Below are positions 1 through 8,632 of a stretch of 64,000 nucleotides of DNA, piece after piece. A model generated the notes under the pieces. That model searched no databases and was not told the origin of the DNA. It worked only from the letters and a program-made list of their open reading frames with translations. Within the stretch, counting starts at the first letter, position 1. Each line of letters starts with the position of its first letter. The DNA is from a bacterium. Lineage in GTDB: Bacteria > Patescibacteriota > CPR2 > UBA1875 > JAJYID01. The position numbers and the translations under genes were made by a program. The stretch spans positions 305,771 to 369,770 of the forward strand of contig JAUSJO010000002.1 in NCBI GenBank assembly GCA_030647205.1, in the 5' to 3' direction.

Positions 1-473
1 TTGGCAAGTATCCGGTGAATGCAGTGAAAGCAATGAGAAAGATTGCCTTGCACGCCGAAAGATGGTCAAATGACACGCATAAAATAATTGGTGAAGATGC
101 GATCAAAAGCATTAACTCTACATCTGAAGCGATAGGAAAGAGTGCCTGCAAACTTGCAGCAGAACTTAAAGCAAAAGTTATCATCAATGCTACAGCAAGA
201 GGGAAAACTACCAGAAATGTTGCAAGGTTCCGTCCGCATTGTCATATTATATCCGTAACCCACACCCTAAAGACAGCGCGAGAGTTGGAGCTTGTCTGGG
301 GCGTTATTCCGTTTGTTCTAAATTATAAAACCGTGAGAGAAATGAGCTTAAAGTCTACCGAAATAGCCAAATCTTTGGGATTAGTTAAAAAGGGTGACAA
401 GATAATTATAGTTTCCGGTGAAGAGGTTGGGGTCGAAGGCGGGACCAACATTATAAAAGTCAAAGAACTCTAG
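1..473 (+). CDS. pyk: Pyruvate kinase, C-terminal part (5' truncated by window edge)
   Basis: GKYPVNAVKAM..., TARGKTTRNVARFRP, LELVWGVIP and G..GGTN match the pyruvate kinase C-terminal alpha/beta domain. Confidence 0.9.
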   Translation, partial: GKYPVNAVKAMRKIALHAERWSNDTHKIIGEDAIKSINSTSEAIGKSACKLAAELKAKVIINATARGKTTRNVARFRPHCHIISVTHTLKTARELELVWGVIPFVLNYKTVREMSLKSTEIAKSLGLVKKGDKIIIVSGEEVGVEGGTNIIKVKEL

Positions 474-557
474 GACTGTTTTTCTTTTGTAATTAAATTG
501 CAAATATTTTTTATAATGGTTATTATTAGACTAAATAATAATTACTCGGAGGGTAAA

Positions 558-1460
558 ATGGCACAAGAAAACGAACAACAAGGCGCAGAGCAGGTTCAGT
601 CGCAACCGGCGCAAAATCAAACGGCAGCAGCTAAAAAATCAAAGGCATCGCTTATCATTATCATTGTAGTAGTTTTGGTAGCGATACTAGGTTTAGTTGG
701 TTTTTTCTTCCTTAAAGATAGTATATTTCCAGCTAAGGGTTTGAGCGGACAAGTTCTTAGTACAAACTGCAAACTAAATGACAAAGATCTTTGCAGATTT
801 ACTGACAGTTTTAAGGGGCTTGATAATATGTCGGCCAAATCTGTGACGACAATAAACGGTAAAATAACAGAGAGTACTATAGAGATCCAGGGGAGTGATA
901 AGAGCCACATTAAATCTTCAGTGGCTGGGAAAGAAGAGTCTGATTATATTTCTATTGGTAATACGACTTACATGAAAGATTACTCTGATAACAAATGGTG
1001 GAAAACAACTGTTGATACAAAGGATGCCTCGGGGGTCGAAAAAACGGACTGGAAGGCTGAGTTTGAAAAGTCGGTTAATGACAGTGCTGACAAAACTACC
1101 TATAAAAAAATTGGAAAAGAGGCTTGCGGAAACTTGACTTGTTTAAAATATCAAGTCATAGACCCAAATAACAAAGAAACAACTGAGTACATGTGGTTTG
1201 ATACAAAAAACTATGCTTTAAGAAAAGTGAGAAGTGAGTCAGCGGATACGGTTACAGAAACAACATTTTCCTATGGTAAGGTTAATATTACAGAACCATC
1301 GCCGGTTAAAGAAATGACAAATCCTGCAGACGCATATAATAGTTTTCTCAACAGCAGTGCTACTTCTGGTGCTGCCTCAGAAGGTCTAACCCCTGAACAA
1401 ATCCAAGCATTGCAATCTACCAGCGGTGCCGGTATAGATACTTCTATACCTGCGGAGTAA
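558..1460 (+). CDS. Membrane-anchored extracytoplasmic protein (LolA/LppX-like beta-rich fold suspected)
   Basis: GGAGG then ATG 558; one TM helix (LIIIIVVVLVAILGLVGFFFL); K..IGKEACGNLTCLKYQV and MWFDTKNY..RK patterns resemble LolA-like proteins. Confidence 0.6.
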   Translation: MAQENEQQGAEQVQSQPAQNQTAAAKKSKASLIIIIVVVLVAILGLVGFFFLKDSIFPAKGLSGQVLSTNCKLNDKDLCRFTDSFKGLDNMSAKSVTTINGKITESTIEIQGSDKSHIKSSVAGKEESDYISIGNTTYMKDYSDNKWWKTTVDTKDASGVEKTDWKAEFEKSVNDSADKTTYKKIGKEACGNLTCLKYQVIDPNNKETTEYMWFDTKNYALRKVRSESADTVTETTFSYGKVNITEPSPVKEMTNPADAYNSFLNSSATSGAASEGLTPEQIQALQSTSGAGIDTSIPAE

Positions 1461-1485
1461 CCTAGTTATAAAATCACGAGCATAG

Positions 1486-1522
1486 AAAAAGGGCCGAAAA
1501 AGATCGGCTCTTTTTCGGCCCT
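1486..1522 (-). terminator. Intrinsic terminator (probably bidirectional) between convergent genes
   Basis: GGGCCGAAAAAGA-TCGGC-TCTTTTTCGGCCC hairpin flanked by an A5 run (U-tract on the minus strand). Confidence 0.8.
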
Positions 1523-1549
1523 ATTGATTTTTTAACCTCTCCATAAATT

Positions 1550-1894
1550 TCAGGCAACAGTTTGGAGGGACAGGACACCATCACATACTTTTCGTTTGAC
1601 CAACTGGTATGGTGTCTCCAGCTTCTCACCAAAACAAGCCGAGGAGAATGTTGGCGGATAGAGGTCGGCGAAGTTGTATTCTTCACCATGAGCCAGATTA
1701 TCCAGTTCATCAAGGACTTCAGAGACTTTGTTCTGCTTCACGGCTTCACGATAGATGCTGATGACACAGACATCCATGGGGTAGAGGTCCTGGAAAAGTA
1801 TGAATGCTCTTTCCAGGTCTTTCCCAAAAGGTTCGCTAAACTCCCTTTCGAACTTGGTATATTCGCATATGTGGAATCCCGAAAGATCTTTCAT
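1550..1894 (-). CDS. Hypothetical protein (orphan)
   Basis: 114-aa ORF with an upstream purine-rich RBS and its own downstream terminator. Confidence 0.6.
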   Translation of the reverse strand: MKDLSGFHICEYTKFEREFSEPFGKDLERAFILFQDLYPMDVCVISIYREAVKQNKVSEVLDELDNLAHGEEYNFADLYPPTFSSACFGEKLETPYQLVKRKVCDGVLSLQTVA

Positions 1895-1959
1895 GTGCGC
1901 TGCCTTTCCTTAGGTAGAAGTTTGGTAGAAATCCGAAGTATATTTTACAATATAAATGC

Positions 1960-2655
1960 TTAAGATTCAACCTTTTTACAAATGGCGTAGATGTTCCATT
2001 TGCTGTGCGCAATTTCTAAAATTTCAAAATCAGAGACTTTCAAATCTTTTTTAAGTCCATTCAATGTGTAGGCGAAATAATATCTTTCGGCTAGAACATT
2101 CCGGGCCGAATCCTTCCAAGGGATAAAAGTGTCTCCGAAATGTGTTTTCGATCTCTTAAAGACCATGTTAGACAGATTTTTCCAAATGTATTTTCTATAT
2201 TTTGGCTGCCAGAGGTTCCAGACTGTGATGAAAAGATGGCCGTTTTCTTTAAGGACGCGATTTGCTTCTGATAATGCCTCTAGTCGTAATTTTCTATTTG
2301 GCAAATGATGAAGTGAAGCGATAGAAAAAACCGCATCGAATTTGTCGTCGGGCAAACTCAGGCTTTCCATATTCATCATCTCGAACTTATTTTTTGGAAA
2401 TTTTTCACGGGCGATTTTAACTAGTCTATCCGAACTATCGATGCCAAGGTAATCAACTTTTTTCTCCGCCAATGAGTTTATAAGCCGGCCATTACCACAG
2501 CCGAGATCTAAAACGCTCCAACCGTCTTTCATATATTCCATGAATTTCTTCATTTCAGGCCACTCATAGTGCCTGGTACTAGCAAACTGGGCTGATATTT
2601 TGTTATAATCAGCTTTGGTCTTATCGGCGGATTTAATTGGATTTTTTTTATTCAT
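1960..2655 (-). CDS. Class I SAM methyltransferase, Trm9/ALKBH8-like (putative tRNA cm5U34 methyltransferase)
   Basis: YNKISAQFASTRHYEWPE, VLDLGCGNGR, SIASLHHL..R.EAL....RVL, ITVW, DTFIPW and RYY motifs parallel the Trm9/ALKBH8 MTase domain; start taken at ATG 2655 (MNKKNP). Confidence 0.75.
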   Translation of the reverse strand: MNKKNPIKSADKTKADYNKISAQFASTRHYEWPEMKKFMEYMKDGWSVLDLGCGNGRLINSLAEKKVDYLGIDSSDRLVKIAREKFPKNKFEMMNMESLSLPDDKFDAVFSIASLHHLPNRKLRLEALSEANRVLKENGHLFITVWNLWQPKYRKYIWKNLSNMVFKRSKTHFGDTFIPWKDSARNVLAERYYFAYTLNGLKKDLKVSDFEILEIAHSKWNIYAICKKVES

Positions 2656-4207
2656 GGACAAAGCTTTAGAGAAAATTATTTTAAAAGCGAGGGATGGGCA
2701 AGTTTCTGACGAAGAAACTCTTTTAATCTTGATAAAAGACACTTTAAGAGGGCAGAACCTATCCGCTTTCCCTTCAAACATTATACTTAGAAAAACTTAT
2801 CGGGCAATGGTGAAAGCGGGGAAGATAGATCCAGACAAGGGTTTGGAAAATCTTTTAGTGACCAAAAAAATGCGCTCGCTTTCCGGAGTTGCCGTGATTA
2901 CGGTTCTCACCAAACCATGGCCGTGTCCGGGGGAGTGCCTGTACTGCCCGACGCAAGTTGACGTTCCGAAGAGCTATCTATCTTCGGAGCCTGCGGTAAT
3001 GCGGGCAATACTGTGTGACTATGATCCGTACAAACAGGTGCGGGCAAGACTAAACTCCCTGGAAATCGAGGGCCATCCGACTGACAAGGTTGAGTTAATT
3101 GTGATTGGCGGGACATTTTCAGCGTTACCAAAAGATTACCAGCAAGAGTATATAAAAAGATGCTTCGATGCGCTAAATAATTCTGTGGACAAGGATCTAG
3201 ACGATGCAAAAAATAAAAATGAAACGGCAAAGAACCGCTGTGTCGGGCTGACTCTTGAAACTCGCCCTGACTACATCACAAAAGAAGAAGTTGAGTGGTT
3301 TAGATACCTGGGGGCAACGAGAGTAGAGCTTGGTGTGCAGAGCGTGTTTGATGATGTCCTAAAATTCAATAAACGTGGGCATGATGTTGCCTCAACTGCT
3401 CGGGCGACAAAACTTCTTAAAGATGCGGGATTTAAAATCTGCTACCACATGATGCCAAATCTGCCCGGCTCTAACCTTGAAAAGGACATAGAAATGTTTA
3501 AAATCATCTTTACCGATCCGAGATTTCAGCCCGATTATATAAAAATCTATCCTTGTGTGGTGACAAAGGGTTCAGAGCTTTACGATATGTGGAAAGCCGG
3601 CGAATACAAACCATACTCTGACAAAGAGCTGGAGGATTTAATTTGTGAAATTAAAAAGGTAGTTCCATATTACGTTCGGATAATGCGACTAATCCGTGAT
3701 ATTCCTTCATCGGATATTGAGGCGGGGAGCAAAGTTTCAAACATGCGTCAAAATGTGCAAAGAAGGCTGGAGAAAGAGGGTGAAAAATGCAAGTGCATCC
3801 GTTGCCGGGAGGTAAGCAATAGAGTGACAGCCTTTGGCATTAAATTATTTAAAGAAGAATATGAAGCGAGCGGTGGGAAAGAGGTATTTCTTAGTTACGA
3901 GTCGGAGGATAGGGTGGTTTTGTATTCACTTCTAAGACTTCGGCTGACAAAAGATACTTTCATTTCAGAAATAAAAGATTGCGCACTGATTCGTGAACTC
4001 CATACTTATGGCCAGCAGATTAAAATCGGCAAAAGCGGAGATACTCAACATAAAGGTTTAGGTAAGAAGTTAATTTCAGAAGCAGAGGATATCGCCAGGA
4101 AAGATGGTTATAAAAAAATTGCCGTAATCTCGGGAGTTGGTGTTCGTGACTATTATAGAAAGTTTGGATATGGGCTAAAAGGTGAATATATGGTGAAGAG
4201 TATCTAG
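2654..4207 (+). CDS. elp3: Elp3-family tRNA U34 carboxymethylation radical SAM/GNAT enzyme
   Basis: RSLSGVAV, CPGECLYCP, KSY, GGTF, LETRPD, RVELGVQS, KIYP, RLIRDIP, CKCIRCREV, IRELHTYG, QHKGLG and VISGVGVRDYYRKFGY. Confidence 0.95.
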   Translation: MDKALEKIILKARDGQVSDEETLLILIKDTLRGQNLSAFPSNIILRKTYRAMVKAGKIDPDKGLENLLVTKKMRSLSGVAVITVLTKPWPCPGECLYCPTQVDVPKSYLSSEPAVMRAILCDYDPYKQVRARLNSLEIEGHPTDKVELIVIGGTFSALPKDYQQEYIKRCFDALNNSVDKDLDDAKNKNETAKNRCVGLTLETRPDYITKEEVEWFRYLGATRVELGVQSVFDDVLKFNKRGHDVASTARATKLLKDAGFKICYHMMPNLPGSNLEKDIEMFKIIFTDPRFQPDYIKIYPCVVTKGSELYDMWKAGEYKPYSDKELEDLICEIKKVVPYYVRIMRLIRDIPSSDIEAGSKVSNMRQNVQRRLEKEGEKCKCIRCREVSNRVTAFGIKLFKEEYEASGGKEVFLSYESEDRVVLYSLLRLRLTKDTFISEIKDCALIRELHTYGQQIKIGKSGDTQHKGLGKKLISEAEDIARKDGYKKIAVISGVGVRDYYRKFGYGLKGEYMVKSI

Positions 4208-4311
4208 GTCTTGAAAAAAAATGTTTTTATGTTATAATGAATTTGCGAGGGGTTTCTTTTTAAGAAGCTTTTTGTTTTTTGTACCTTAAATCTTTAGTGA
4301 GAGGAGGAATC

Positions 4312-4803
4312 ATGTTTTTTAGGCGCGGGAGAAAGAATGAAGAAAAACATGATACCGATAAAATAGACCAAATCATTGATCATGAGATCCAAAATGTTGA
4401 AGAGGTGGTAAAAAAGAAATCTGATGATTATCATGTTTGTCCCATGCCGGATTGCGAATCTGATTTTGTTTATTCGGTTGAAAGATACCAGATAAATGAT
4501 ACTGAGTGGAAAGTTCGCTTACTTTGTCCAAACTGTTGGAACCAAAGAACAGTGATAGTCGGTCGTGAAACGGTACGAAAGTTACTTGCGAGTGCTAGGG
4601 CGGGGCGCGAACGAATCATGAAGGATCTGGACCATATGCAGAAAAAGCATATGGAAGAGGAGGTCGAAAAGTTCATTACGGCTTTGCAAAAAGACTACAT
4701 CTTGCCTGATGACTTTACTCCTCCCTCAAGCACAAAGAAGAATGTTAATGAAGGTTGGATAAAGGACCTTGAAAGAGCGAGAGGTCTTCATTCCTCCAAA
4801 TAA
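4312..4803 (+). CDS. Hypothetical Zn-ribbon + helical protein (paralog 1)
   Basis: GAGGAGG SD; CPMPDC...CPNC; ends ..LQKDYILPDDF; similar to 5022..5336. Confidence 0.8.
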   Translation: MFFRRGRKNEEKHDTDKIDQIIDHEIQNVEEVVKKKSDDYHVCPMPDCESDFVYSVERYQINDTEWKVRLLCPNCWNQRTVIVGRETVRKLLASARAGRERIMKDLDHMQKKHMEEEVEKFITALQKDYILPDDFTPPSSTKKNVNEGWIKDLERARGLHSSK

Positions 4804-4820
4804 GCCTGACAGTTTTTTGT

Positions 4821-4855
4821 AAAAGCAAAAAGCCTGCAGGTTTTTTGCTTTTCTT
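4821..4855 (+). terminator. Intrinsic terminator
   Basis: AAAAGCAAAAAGCC-TGCA-GGTTTTTTGCTTTT hairpin right after the stop codon. Confidence 0.7.
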
Positions 4856-5021
4856 AAGGGTAAATTTTGCAAACTATTGACACTTATGGTATAATATACA
4901 TATCGCAAAAAGCGGGAACTTTGTCAAACAATGCCCTTACAAACTCTCTATTGCCTTTATCAACTCAACTGTCCCTGTTAACCCCCTAGTAAGTCAAAAG
5001 CAGAATTATTAGGAGGTTCTT

Positions 5022-5336
5022 ATGGAGAAATTTTCGGAGCAAATAAACGAGTACCAAACATGTCTCTTTTGCGGATCGAATCTGGTATATCCCGTAGAAA
5101 GGACACAGCTAAACGAAAACGGATGGAAAGTAGCCGTTAGGTGCCCAAACTGTTTTGGCTTTCGAGTTGAATGTATGCATCGGGATGTGATGGTGGGGCT
5201 AATAAGGAATGCAAACAAGGGCCGCGAAGACCTCGCGAAAACGTTCAATCAAATGGCGAAAAAGACCATGGAAGAAGAATCTGACAAGATGATCTCAGCG
5301 CTTCATAGAGACCAGATCTTGCCAATAGATTTCTAA
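5022..5336 (+). CDS. Hypothetical Zn-ribbon + helical protein (paralog 2)
   Basis: AGGAGG SD; CLFC...CPNC; ends ..LHRDQILPIDF. Confidence 0.8.
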   Translation: MEKFSEQINEYQTCLFCGSNLVYPVERTQLNENGWKVAVRCPNCFGFRVECMHRDVMVGLIRNANKGREDLAKTFNQMAKKTMEEESDKMISALHRDQILPIDF

Positions 5337-5419
5337 TCTTCTACCAAACATCTACAGAGGTATTCTTAGAAAACCACCTAATAAAAGCAAAGATCAATGT
5401 ACATTAGGAGGTTGCCATC

Positions 5420-5749
5420 ATGACAGTTGATATTGGACAATCAAAGATAGAAGATCTGGCGGTTTGCCCCATCTGTCATTTCAAAACAGTAGTTGCCGAC
5501 TACTATCTCGAAGAGCAGGGTTCTTATACCATTCGTTGTCACTGTGACAACTGTGGTGAGGACTTCGGGAGAAACTACTTCACGCTCGATGAGGGGGTAG
5601 AAGCAATAAGGCTATATGGCAGAGATGAGTTCTATCGAGGGCCGACAAGAGTGGCCGAGGACGATTTCCTCAGAGACCTTAAACATCTGAGCGAAATGGA
5701 CAAAACGTCCACTCCGGTAACGATCGGAATGTTCCTAAAGGTTCCATGA
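5420..5749 (+). CDS. Hypothetical Zn-ribbon protein (distant third member)
   Basis: AGGAGG SD; CPIC...CDNC with spacing similar to the two upstream genes. Confidence 0.7.
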   Translation: MTVDIGQSKIEDLAVCPICHFKTVVADYYLEEQGSYTIRCHCDNCGEDFGRNYFTLDEGVEAIRLYGRDEFYRGPTRVAEDDFLRDLKHLSEMDKTSTPVTIGMFLKVP

Positions 5750-5763
5750 CATAAAAATGTCAC

Positions 5764-5793
5764 AAAGAGCCCGCGTAAAAGCGGGCTCTTTTT
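5764..5793 (+). terminator. Intrinsic terminator
   Basis: AAAGAGCCCGC-GTAAAA-GCGGGCTCTTTTT. Confidence 0.9.
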
Positions 5794-5889
5794 CTACCTA
5801 AAAAACTTTTCTATTGCCAAAAGTTTTTTGAAGGAGTAAAATATTTTCGAAAAAGAAGAGACGGATTTTATTTTTAATGCGGGGGTTTT

Positions 5890-7497
5890 GTGCTCAGAAA
5901 GAAACAAACCAAGTTTATATTTGTTACGGGTGGTGTTTTGTCAGGTATTGGCAAGGGTATATTTGCAGCTTCGGTTGGAAATATTTTAAAAAACCGTGGC
6001 TTTAGCGTTAATATTCAAAAGCTTGATCCTTATCTCAACTTTGATGCCGGTACTCTAAATCCAAACGAACATGGCGAGGTCTTTGTAACTGATGATGGCG
6101 CTGAAACTGACCTTGATCTTGGCCATTATGAAAGATTTACAAATCAAAGCTTAACCAAAAGAAGCTCTATAATGAGCGGGCAGATTTACTCTGCTGTTTT
6201 TGATGATGAGAGAAAAGGTAAATATCTGGGAAAAACTGTGCAGGTTATCCCTCACCTGACGGAAAAAATTCAGGACTTTGTGATGGAGGCATCAAAGGGT
6301 TTTGATATCCATATTGCAGAGGTCGGCGGAACGATAGGAGATATGGAGGCAGTGCATTTCATAGAAGCGATCCGTCAGTTGAAGAGAAAAGTTGGCGAGG
6401 AAAATGTTATGTATGCCCACCTTGTCTACATACCTTACCTTGAGGCTTCAAAAGAAATGAAAACTAAGCCGGCTCAGTCGAGCGTGCGTGAACTTTTGGC
6501 ACTTGGAATTCACCCCGATATTATTGGTGTTCGCCATGATCGAGCGATTGAGAAAGGCCATCTCAAAAAAATCGCACTTTCAGCCGATGTTAACCCTGAG
6601 GCAGTAGTACCGCTTCCGTTTGTAAAAAGAGTATATGATGTTCCGTCGAACCTCGAAAAATCAGGTTTGGGAGACTATATTTCTAAGAATTTAGGACTTA
6701 GGAGTTTAAGGCCAAAGAAAAATGGCTGGGAAAAAATGCAGCAGAATATCAAAAATTCAAAAGAGACAATAAAGGTTGGTTTAATTGCAAAATATCTTTC
6801 AAATGAAGATACATATAAAAGTGTGACCGAAGCCCTAAAAGCTGCTTTCTGGGCAAATCAGAAAAATGTCAAAATCGTCTGGATTGATAGTGAAGAAATA
6901 GAGAAAACAGGCACGAAAATCTTGGATGGTCTTTGCGGGATAGTCATTCCCGGAGGATTTGGCGATCGCGGAACTGAAGGGAAGATAATAGCGGCAAAAT
7001 ATGCTCGCGAAAACAATATTCCATATCTTGGACTTTGCCTGGGTATGCAGATAGCGGTTATCGAGTTTGCACGAAATGTCTTGGCTTGGCCATCGGCAAC
7101 TAGCGGTGAGTTTGACCAGAACTCAAAGAAACAAGTAATACACATCATGCCGGAACAAAGGAAAAATATGGCAGAGGATAACTATGGTGCAACAATGAGG
7201 CTTGGGGCGTATCCTTGTATTTTAGATAAAAAATCAAAGTCATACAAACTGTATGGAGCAGATAAAATATCGGAAAGACACAGGCATAGATATGAATTTA
7301 ACAATGATTATCGCGAAGAGTTCACTGAAGCAGGGATGATGCTTGCAGGACTTTCTCCTGACCATCACCTGGTTGAAATAGTTGAAATTCCTGAACATAA
7401 ATTCTTTGTAGCCTCACAATTCCATCCGGAATACAAGTCTCGTCCAGATTATCCTCATCCTCTCTTTGTTGGTTTCTCAAAAGCCTGTTTGGAGTAA
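5890..7497 (+). CDS. pyrG: CTP synthase
   Basis: FVTGGVLSGIGKG, KLDPYLN, HGEVFVTDDGAETDLDLGHYERF, GLCLGMQ, ERHRHRYE, QFHPE. Confidence 0.99.
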   Translation: MLRKKQTKFIFVTGGVLSGIGKGIFAASVGNILKNRGFSVNIQKLDPYLNFDAGTLNPNEHGEVFVTDDGAETDLDLGHYERFTNQSLTKRSSIMSGQIYSAVFDDERKGKYLGKTVQVIPHLTEKIQDFVMEASKGFDIHIAEVGGTIGDMEAVHFIEAIRQLKRKVGEENVMYAHLVYIPYLEASKEMKTKPAQSSVRELLALGIHPDIIGVRHDRAIEKGHLKKIALSADVNPEAVVPLPFVKRVYDVPSNLEKSGLGDYISKNLGLRSLRPKKNGWEKMQQNIKNSKETIKVGLIAKYLSNEDTYKSVTEALKAAFWANQKNVKIVWIDSEEIEKTGTKILDGLCGIVIPGGFGDRGTEGKIIAAKYARENNIPYLGLCLGMQIAVIEFARNVLAWPSATSGEFDQNSKKQVIHIMPEQRKNMAEDNYGATMRLGAYPCILDKKSKSYKLYGADKISERHRHRYEFNNDYREEFTEAGMMLAGLSPDHHLVEIVEIPEHKFFVASQFHPEYKSRPDYPHPLFVGFSKACLE

Positions 7498-7499
7498 GA

Positions 7500-8129
7500 G
7501 TGTCTCTAAAGATAAAATATAGTAAAGAACTAGAAGTCGAGAGAATTCGAAATACTCTAGCTAAAATGGATTGGTATAACCAACACGGTTATAGACCAAT
7601 GATTCCTGAAAATTTTGGGAGAGAAACCTCGGATAAGGAGATTGTGCGTCTAGTTGGCAAAGAGTACAAAGATAATAAATATGTAGAGGTATCCAAAGAA
7701 CTCTATGGGCAGTATTTGGCGATTGAAGAAGCGTATATAGGGGGACTTAAAAGAACTTTTGGTAACACAATTTCTACCGATTTTGAAGTTATTTTAACAA
7801 AATATGGAATGGGGGGATCTTACTCTTTACCCAATAAAATAATAATTAATATTTGTTTTATAAGAAAACCACTTATAAAAATAGTAATACATGAAATTTG
7901 CCATTTAATGATTGAGACTGATATTTTGAAGTATGGAATTTTGCAGCGGGAGAAAGAAAGAGTTGTAGATCTTATTCTAAACAGTGAAAAATTTAGTTTC
8001 TTGAATTATGACTGGTGGCAAGATAGTTATGATGGCACTGAGAAGTATATTGATGATTTGTTTGAAAAGGGTTTCTTTAAATCACCCGAGAAATTTTTCA
8101 AGAAGATAAGCTCTGTAAGAAATAAATAA
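7500..8129 (+). CDS. Hypothetical zincin-like protein (HExxH)
   Basis: YGMGGSY..P and IHEICH followed by a downstream Glu (KERVVD). Confidence 0.6.
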   Translation: MSLKIKYSKELEVERIRNTLAKMDWYNQHGYRPMIPENFGRETSDKEIVRLVGKEYKDNKYVEVSKELYGQYLAIEEAYIGGLKRTFGNTISTDFEVILTKYGMGGSYSLPNKIIINICFIRKPLIKIVIHEICHLMIETDILKYGILQREKERVVDLILNSEKFSFLNYDWWQDSYDGTEKYIDDLFEKGFFKSPEKFFKKISSVRNK

Positions 8130-8152
8130 TAGTTATCTGATATAATCAGTAT

Positions 8153-8632
8153 ATGCGAGATGATAACTGGCTTTTTCAAAAACTAGATGAACTCTGGGAC
8201 GGTCATTTTAGCGATATTCCACAGCATAATGATGTGGTTATTAAGTTTGGCCGAAAGGCTAGGCAGCGTTTGGGTTCGATAAAGCAGGAAACAAAGACCC
8301 ATCTGGATTTACTCAACAAAAATCGCAAGACTATCATCACTATCAATGGACTTTTCAAGGATGAAAATATCCCTGAGTATGTGGTGACGGCGACTATTGC
8401 CCATGAAATGTGCCATTATGCCCATGGATTTAGCTCTCCGCTTGACCAGAAGTTTCCCAATCCTCATCAAGGAGGAATCGTTACTAAGGAAATGAAGGCG
8501 CGAGGATTTACCAAGGAGCTGGCACTACAGAAAAAGTGGCTGAAGGAAATGTGGCCGGAGCATTTGAAAGAAAAAATGCCGCAAAGAAGAGCTCAAAGAC
8601 GCCGGAGAAGGGTCTTAATCAAATGGATATAA
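8153..8632 (+). CDS. SprT-like Zn metalloprotease domain protein
   Basis: RLGSI, IAHEMCHYAHG, PHQGG; basic C-terminus. Confidence 0.75.
   Translation: MRDDNWLFQKLDELWDGHFSDIPQHNDVVIKFGRKARQRLGSIKQETKTHLDLLNKNRKTIITINGLFKDENIPEYVVTATIAHEMCHYAHGFSSPLDQKFPNPHQGGIVTKEMKARGFTKELALQKKWLKEMWPEHLKEKMPQRRAQRRRRRVLIKWI

Noticed and set aside
1562-1963. 133-aa plus-strand ORF
   Set aside because: Antisense shadow of 1550..1894(-), which has the RBS and a correctly oriented terminator
8536-8622. N-terminal extension of the MBL hydrolase
   Set aside because: It overlaps the SprT-like gene; the domain begins at ATG 8623
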